Shown: piece by piece, positions 54,480-64,000 of the stretch
Position numbering within the stretch: the stretch's first letter is position 1
Layout of the letters: the number at the start of each line of letters is the position of its first letter
NCBI RefSeq assembly: GCF_009914755.1
Contig: NC_060947.1
Strand: one strand, 5' to 3'
DNA: 64,000 bases
DNA from: the human T2T-CHM13v2.0 reference genome, Homo sapiens
Translations under genes and position numbers: made by a program
The notes under the pieces: model-generated
What the model saw: only the letters and a program-made list of their open reading frames with translations
What the model was told of the DNA's origin: nothing
Databases searched by the model: none

Positions 54480-55115
54480 ATCTTGCTAATTTCCATAGGG
54501 AGGAATCTGGGACACATCTATGAGTGGGAATTCTAAGGATGTCTGTCCAAGGAGAACGAAATGTTTGTTAAGATCAGGCTATATCTTTATGGGTGCACTT
54601 GCCCAGGATCCGGGACTTAATGTTAGCTGGAGCACCTGAAAGTGACATGTTGGCTATTTGGAGTTTGAAAGTGACAATCTACTATGTTGGCTCTCTGGAG
54701 TCTGAACTCAACAGCTGCACATAGGCAATAAGGATTAAGGGGCAGAACTTCCCTGGCACAGTGTTAAGGAATCCAAAAGCTCAGAGAATTAGGAGCATTA
54801 CATATATATGTCCAGGTTTACGCCTATTGTTATGGTCTAATTATTAATACTGCTCTCTTTGCCGTCTGCTCAGCCAACCCTTAACCACGCCACCCTGGAG
54901 GACCCAGAGAACACACCCTTTGCCAGGGCTTTAAGAAATGCGTTGGTGAAGGGAGCATCAGAACCCTGACAAAGCCCTGAGGTAGCTGTCCCCAGCAGCC
55001 TGGAGATGACAGCGGGGAATACTAGGATTGGTTGTATTCCCTGATTTCCACGGGAATAATGGTAGTCAGAGTGACAGTGGTAGAGGCCAGTGATAGCACT
55101 TAACCATTAAAAGAC
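54480..55115 (+). mobile_element. Degenerate ERV-L gag internal fragment
   Basis: ~54898-54969 translates EDPENTPFARALRNALVKGASEP*, resembling ERV-L Gag; flanking gatcaggct...gggtgcacttgcc...ttaatgtt and gcacttaaccat motifs. Confidence 0.55.
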
Positions 55116-55142
55116 AATCATTTCTTTTTTTAGTGCTTGATA

Positions 55143-55148
55143 TTTATT
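55143..55148 (-). terminator. LDOC1 polyadenylation signal (AATAAA)
   Basis: TTTATT on + strand about 810 nt downstream of the LDOC1 stop; fits a ~1.4 kb single-exon mRNA. Confidence 0.8.
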
Positions 55149-55829
55149 GAAAATAATGCCAATGCTTTTTCCAGGTAGTATTGAGGAGCTGGGCTGAGTG
55201 CTTGTTTGTTTTGTTTTTAAGTACTATTTGTCCAAATGCACACATCTGTGGGACTGCTGCAATTTTGAAAGAAAAATGACAGCTGTGTAAAACCAGTGCA
55301 TAGGAAAAAAGAAGTGTCAACAATTTGGCTGCCAGGCACACCGCGCCCCTGCAGCAATCTGGTGGGGCAGGGGAGGACACTCGGAGTAGGTAGAAAACTA
55401 ACCAGGCTGAACGGCCCCTTCAGGGGTTGGTGAGCTGTCCAAATCAATGTCTGAAAAGGCATAGCCAACTCTGGCATTTTCCAGGTTGGTCCTGATCTCG
55501 AAAGGTGGTAGTCTGTAGGTGGGATGTGGTGAGTGGATGTGAAGTGGCAGCATAGTTCTCTGGGAAGATGTAAGCCTGGCAGCAGGGCAGGTGGCAGCAG
55601 CAGGGCTACGGGTGGTCTGCGCAGTTTGTAACAGGGGCCTGGCCAATAGCTGGGGTTCAGGACACAGTTCAGATTAGCAGGGGAGGGATCCCGGGGATGG
55701 CCAGGGTAGATGACACTTCCAAGCACTTCCGAGTGAGTGAGGCTCCAGCCCCGACCCCAGCAGCAGGTAACTGGAGCGCTATTCCTGGAACAAAGACAAG
55801 CACTACGGAGAAATGAAGAGAGAGAGCAG

Positions 55830-56830
<1,001 letters not shown>

Positions 56831-57122
56831 TCAGAGAAGGTAAATTTGTTCAAACTGAAAGGATTAGCCACCCTTCTACCTAGGTAGCTTGCACAACTCA
56901 GTGTTCCTTCGTGGGTCTGTGGCCACTAGATTCTCTTGGCTTGATGTTTTATTAACACATTTTCTTTCTTATTTAAATCTCACTCAGAGAAGTATTGACA
57001 CTGCTGGCTGCCCTGTGGGAGTCACACTTCCTTTTAGAATCATGAAGACCCTCAGGGGGTCCTGCCTTTCATGAAAAAGGTAGTATTTAAACAGTGACTT
57101 CTTTAGTAGGGAAATAATATGG

Positions 57123-57125
<3 letters not shown>

Positions 57126-57156
<31 letters not shown>
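57126..57156. repeat. (AC)15 microsatellite upstream of the LDOC1 promoter
   Basis: Directly visible. Confidence 0.95.
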
Positions 57157-57159
<3 letters not shown>

Positions 57160-57568
57160 CCTAAGTAACAAGATATAGAAAAGTTCTGCAAAATCAGCAT
57201 CCAATAGTCAATTGCAGGCATCCCACATATCTTTGATTCTCTATTTCTTGTCTTGCTATTAGTGCCGTTGGCCACTGGGTATTATTCTGTACTTAAAAAT
57301 GAACTGTTAAGATGTTTGTGTTTTTAAATAATTTTGTTTTTCTACTTTGAATGGATCCCTGATTCTAGAGCCAACATGAATTGTTGGCTCTGCTTTCAAA
57401 TATATTGCCAATTCAATCACGTCTTGTCATTTCTGCCACTGCCACCCTGATTCCTAGCCTTTCTTTCTCACCCAGACTGCTGCAACTAATCACTTAGCTT
57501 TCACTCTTTTCTTCCTATAGTATATTCTCCATAGAGTAGCCACGGGAATCCTTTAAAACAAAAATTAG

Positions 57569-57902
<334 letters not shown>

Positions 57903-58475
57903 TCACCTGAGAATAAAGAGCAAAGTTGCAGCCAAGGCCTACAAGGCCCCTCCTTCTATCCTGTGCCTCTTCCCAGTTTCTGCTGTGCTCTAATCACTGT
58001 CCTCCTTGCTGATTCTCACACCCATCAAGCAGTTCTGGCTTCATAGCCTTTGCATCTTCTATTCCTTCTGCCTTGCAAGGCTGTCATCCCAGTTGGCTGC
58101 CTGACTCCTCCTACTGCTTTCAGAGAGAACTTTTCTGACCACCGGACCTATCAGAGCACCCTGTTCTCTGCCCCCAATCTGTAACCCTTTACTCTGCTTC
58201 ATTTATCTACATAACATTTATTGTGCTACCGGCCACCATGTCGTATGTATATACAGTACTTTGCTCATCATCTGCTTCCATTTTAGAATATATAAGTCAA
58301 ACACTGCTTTTGCTATCTGGTCTATCCCTAATGCCTAGAAAAGTTCTGGCCCAGAGTAGAGGCTTCATTAATGTTTGGCGAGTAAAATCATCCCAGAGTG
58401 AAGATGCTGAGATGAAAATCAGAAGTTGTCGCTGCACAAAGAGTCAAAAAATACTCTTCAAATTGTTAAATGTAA

Positions 58476-58781
58476 GGTTGGGCGTGGTGGCTCATGCCTG
58501 TAATCCCAGCACTTTGGGAGGCTGAGGGGGGCAGACCACCTGAGGTCAGGAGTTAAGACCAGGCTGACCAACATGGAGAAACCCTGTCTTTCCAAAAAAT
58601 ACAAAATTAGCCAGGTGTGGTGGTGGGCGCCTGTAATCCCAGCTACTTGGGAGGCTGAGGCAGGAGAATCACTTGAACCTGGGAGGCAGAGGTTGCCTGA
58701 GCCGAGATCACGCCATTGTGCTCCAGCCTGGGCAATAAGAGCAAAACACCATCTCAAAAAGAAAAAAAAAAAAGAAAAAAA
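58476..58781 (+). mobile_element. AluS
   Basis: Full dimer; TSD-like AAATTGTT. Confidence 0.9.
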
Positions 58782-59198
58782 ATTGTTCAGTGTATTTTAT
58801 CTCTGACCATGGATCAGTCTCGATTGTGAAACAATGACTGATGTAATAAAACTGGCTGAATAGATTTTTAAAGAAATTCGATTCGGTCCTTTAGGATAGA
58901 ATTGAATGATCATCCATGGAAGTAGGAGGCTGGGAAAGAGCAGAGAAACAGGGCCAAGCCCCAAGCAGGGACACGGGGAAGATCACAGTGGTGAAAGGAT
59001 AAGCAGTGAAAAAAAGAGATAGGAGGAATGTGAGCTTTTGGCCTCTCCTGTGCTATGAGCTCCGCCACCTGAGAAGTTGGCAGGCAGGGATCCACTCTCA
59101 CTCTTAATTTTATCTTCAGCACCTGGCAGTGTTTACTAGCTGCTCCGTAAATATTCAGTGTAAGGATTGAGGGGAGGGATGTGAAATGTGGAAAGTAG

Positions 59199-59659
<461 letters not shown>

Positions 59660-61576
59660 TAGCAGACACTGGGCCAGGTGATTGGCAGGGCTGTCACAAT
59701 GACTCACACACAAGGACCAGACATGGGAATGGGCATTTTAGAGCCAGAGACCCAGGAGGTAAATATCTAAACCTAATAAAGCAATAGGTTGATGGTGCTA
59801 TACCTTCATGCCAACCTCTCTAACTCTAAAGCCCGCCCATGCCCTTGCTCTGAATAATTAATATGTGCTGGACCCTTGTGACTTCAGTGGGCCCAGGCAG
59901 GTCTAGTGGGGAACCAGAGATGATTAGGCAGATGCTGCCCTAATTTTCTCCCTACAACCCCACAGCAGAGGGATTCAGGGAGGAAACCAGACGAGGCAAC
60001 CACTATTGTTCCCTCTGAGTGTGCTCTGAGACCCTGGAAGACAGGAAATGTCCTGCCCAGAACTGAGCAGTGACTTTGGGAGGTGCTTCCCTGGTTGGAG
60101 AAAGGGAATGGAGACAAGCAGCTTAGCACTGACTCACAACAGAAGCAGTCAGGAAGAGGTATGTAGTATCAGTTGATAGAAGATGTAGAATCTTAATGCT
60201 CATTTTAACCAGCTTCCAGGTGCCTGTGAGGCTCTCCCACCAGTGCCAATGCATATCAGCACTTCCTTCTCCATTCACCCTGCTCACAGCTGCATGTCGC
60301 CTTCCTCATTTTCTTTCCCCTTCTCGAGTGGCCCTTAAATGTTCCTTTCCACTTAACGTGAATATGCTGGGGGCAGACACAAGTACTCCCTGTGACAAGT
60401 ACTCATAGGGAGTACTTGTCTCGGGCCAGTAAAATTTATCAGGACAGCTCTGGGTTGGAACGCCCTAAGGGTGGCTTAGACTCCACCGTTTGGCAAGAGC
60501 ACAAGTCCAAGGCACTCACTACCACCATGTTTCAGGCTCCAAACCGTGCCCTGGTACACATCAAGCATCCAGACTGTAAAATTCTCTTGAACATGAAAAT
60601 TTCCCATGATTCTTGAGCCACCAGATGAGTGTGCACACATCGACTGGGTGAACTAACTCAGCACTCAAATATACAGCGAGGAACAGAAACAGCTTCGGAA
60701 AGAATATTTGTGAGAGGACTGCATGAATGCTGCCAAGAGCCAGATCTCTTCCCACATAGACTTCCCCCATCCCCCTTCTTAGCCAGGTGCACCTGGGACT
60801 GCTTTTTACAGAAACCTCACTTGGAGGGCAATAGAGACCTCTGGCCCGGAGAGAGGAATGAAGAGGCACAACTTCCTCCCTCCTGTCTTTGCCCTCTCCA
60901 GCTTACTAAAGTGCTGGAAACATTTTTACATGTTTATTAATGTACTAAATTGATGTATTCTTATGGTTGAAATACCTTAAATAATATTGATGTCTTAAAA
61001 TAAAAAAGGAACATTCTTAAGACCTCTCCTTCTCACAAAATATCACTTAATAAGATTGTTGAAAATTCAAATTTTGCCCTCTCTTGTTCTCTCTCTCTAA
61101 GGAGACTCAACGCTTCAGTTTCTTAGATGATATAGAAAAAGCGTGGTGCAAATAAAGTCATAGTTCCAGATATAGAACTGGAAAATCAGCTTTCTATAAC
61201 TGAAAGATTTTTATGAATTAATGTTTTATATTAAGTATTTTGTATTCTTCATGTATAGGCTTTTGTATTGCCATAATATAGAATTAATTGCCTGCAGTGT
61301 GCTGCACTAGATAGTTGTTAGTTTTTCTCTTGCCTAGTTATTTTAATATAATTGGTCACAGTGATTATACAAGAGTTTATACACGTGTTTTGTTTCTGCC
61401 ATTTTTGTACATTTTAGAAAATATCTGGCATCATGTTGAATTTGTTCTTATGGATCTCCAGAAAGTGATCTGTTATCATCTGTGTTTGCCTGTTTTGTTT
61501 TAACTGTTTAATAGCCCCTCTTTTAGATTGGCTAGTTACTTTGATCTAGACTCAGTTTTTCACGAGGCAGAATGGG

Positions 61577-62156
61577 TGTGGTGAATTGAAGGTAACCACA
61601 AATTATTTGCCATTCAGCAGAGAGGAAGAAATAATTTTCCCTGCCTCATTAATCTGGGGTGGCCCTGTGACTTGATTTGACAAACACAATGTGATGCAGT
61701 GCCTTAAAGTTTATGAGACAAGGCCTTAAATAACTGAAGATTCTGCCTTTGCCACTTGGTACACTTCCTGTTAAGAGCCACCCACCATATGTAAGAAGTC
61801 TAACTACCATGGGATCATTATACTGTGAAGAAGCTGAATCTAGCCACGTAGAGAAAGAGAGATCATGTGGAGGAGCAGCAAGACAGTAAACAAACATGAG
61901 ACTGAAGCTCCTTTCTTGGACTTTCCAGCCTAGCAGAGCCACCACCTGAATGCAGCTGAGTGATTAACTCCAACTGACCATATATAAAGCAAAAAACAAA
62001 ACAAAACAAAACAAACAAACAAACAAACAAAAGAACCATCCAGCTGAGCCCTAACTGAATTTATGATCCACAGAACCATGAATAAATAGAATGCCAGTTG
62101 CTGTAAGCCACTAAGTTTTGAGATAGTTTGTTACCTGGCAGTAGAGGACTTAAACA
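61577..62156 (+). mobile_element. MLT1F/G-like LTR
   Basis: tgtggtgaattgaaggtaaccacaaatt...aagccactaagttttgagatagtttgttac. Confidence 0.7.
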
Positions 62157-62179
62157 TGGAGAAACTTAGGGTATGCTGC

Positions 62180-62715
62180 AGATGAAAGCAGGAGCCCCAT
62201 ATTAAAAAAACACAATTTCTGAATCTACTGCCCTGTTCCGTGTTCTTAGATTTATATTTGTCTATTTGGCATCCATTAATCACAAGGCCAAAGTAATGGC
62301 CAAAGTTCTTTGCATCCTCCTTGCCATCCAGAGCCCATACTCTTAAACTACTTCCTTTATCTAGTTCTCATGTACCAAGCCAATATTTTCCCTGCTCTAA
62401 ATTAACCTGAAGCCAGGTATCAGACAACTAGGGATCTGCCCTATCCCCCTAAACCAGCTGGAATTATTCGAACTACCCCATTCTAAACTGTTTGGCCTGC
62501 CCTGCCTTGCCTTTCCCACAGATACGCCAGTGAAGACTATGGCTTCCACTCACTCCTTTCTGCCTCCTGGTGTTCACCCACGTGTCCCTGCATGATGTGG
62601 TGAGCCTCCTCCTACTTACATTGGGAAATCTAAGTAACAAAAATCTTTCAATTACATTGGCCTATCTATGTCATCACTCAGTCATCTCCATAAATTAAAA
62701 TCCTGCAGGTACAAT
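62180..62715 (+). mobile_element. Old ERVL-class LTR (MER74/MER54-like)
   Basis: cctgccctgccttgcctttcccacaga motif; family assigned from memory only. Confidence 0.4.
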
Positions 62716-63647
62716 TGGGACACACGAAAAGTAATCCTCTCCTGTGAGGAACTCTGAAGCGTGTGCTTGTGCATGAGTGCCTGAGTGCCTCTCTTTCCTT
62801 GTGTGAGTGTCTGTAGTCAAGCAGACGTAAGCATATTGCTGCCCTGTAACATCAAGGATGCTGCATGTAGGGAAAACTGGCAGTGTCATGGTATGACAAA
62901 GATAGAATCAAAAGCAGCCGTGTTTACTCCAGGGAATCTGTATGCCTATGTAAAAGCAGTGAAGCACATTCCAGGGAAACATTATGGAAAAAAAATAATT
63001 TTTGGAAAGAGGAGTTCTGTCTTCATACTGTTGCTTGCAACCTTTGTGGCTTGAGTAAGTCATTTGTTCTTTTTTCTGAGCTTCTGTTTCCTTATCAATA
63101 AAGTGCATCCTACTAATATCTGTATCATAAGGCTGCAGTGAATATCAAATCATAAAATATAAAAGTATCTGGCAAACTACAAAAAACTTTTGTGCACAGA
63201 TTACATATTATTGTTCACTAGACAATTGAGATTTAGTAGCATTGCAGTGACTCATATTAACTGCATGTGAAGTTTAATAGGTAGGTAGTTCTCTTATGTT
63301 AACCTAGTATCCATGAGTTTACCCATGAAGTTTAAAAGTATAAAGTATACCTTTGAATAACTAGCTGGAAGAATAAAATAAGGTTATATCAGGATCTTGC
63401 TTTTTGTCAATTCAAAGCATTCTGCTCTTACAAGTTTTTTAGGGGAAAAAAAGGCATTTATTATTATAGTTCAAAGACCTACATGTTACATTTTCTTTTC
63501 TTTTCTTTTTTGTTTTTTTTGGCAGTTCACAGTACATTTACTGGGTAATTTCTAGTTAACAGTAGCAATGATGATCACCTTGAAAATCTTGTATTTTGTG
63601 GTGGTTTTCTCTTACATAAGCCTCTTGCTTTGTTGAAAGCATAGATT

Positions 63648-63790
63648 CTTTTTTTTCTCTTTTATATATATATATATATATTTTATTATACTTCAAGTTC
63701 TAGGGTACATGTGCACAGTGTGCAGGTTTGTTACATATGTATACATGTGCCATGTTGGTGTGCTGCACCCATTAACTCATCATTTACATT
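63648..63790 (-). mobile_element. Short L1PA 3' end
   Basis: ttattatacttcaagttctagggtacatgtgcac...gctgcacccattaactc. Confidence 0.88.
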
Positions 63791-64000
63791 TTCTATTTTG
63801 TCCTATCAATCTGGAAAAAATCCATACTACATCTGGGATATGGATACACAATCTCCTCTCGGAGTAAAGAGGCAATTATATCTCCAGAAACTTTTCATCA
63901 CTGTAGACCATGGTGGTCTTCCTTGGAGAGGACAGCAGTTCCAGGGACATATGAAAAAGAGAAAACAGGGTTTCTCTCGGCCTTAGAAGTTTCTCTGGCC

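Overview
Human genomic DNA: it carries an AluYb8 copy, a human-specific subfamily. It is recognisable as the LDOC1 locus (Xq27, from prior knowledge). The only well-supported gene is intronless LDOC1 (RTL7/SIRH7/Mart7), a domesticated Ty3/gypsy Gag derivative. Its CDS is 55957-56397 on the minus strand (146 aa), inside a CpG island, with AATAAA at 55143-55148. The rest is repeat-dense: about 30 Alus, old L1/L2/L3/MIR fragments, MaLR/ERVL LTRs, two solo LTR10 elements, an RPL36A processed pseudogene interrupted by an AluY, and STRs. Main observations: (i) a 248-codon stop-free -1 frame spans almost the whole LDOC1 3'UTR, opening at the last codons of the Gag-derived ORF and followed by a strong GC stem-loop, a gag/pol-like recoding topology that is unproven; (ii) one LTR10 has phased p53 half-sites and the other an AP-1 VNTR, 21-32 kb from the LDOC1 promoter; (iii) two apparent local templated duplications and a probable L1 3' transduction. 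Nearly all other ORF-track entries are Alu/L1 artefacts. Repeat subfamily names come from recalled consensus sequences and many boundaries are approximate.
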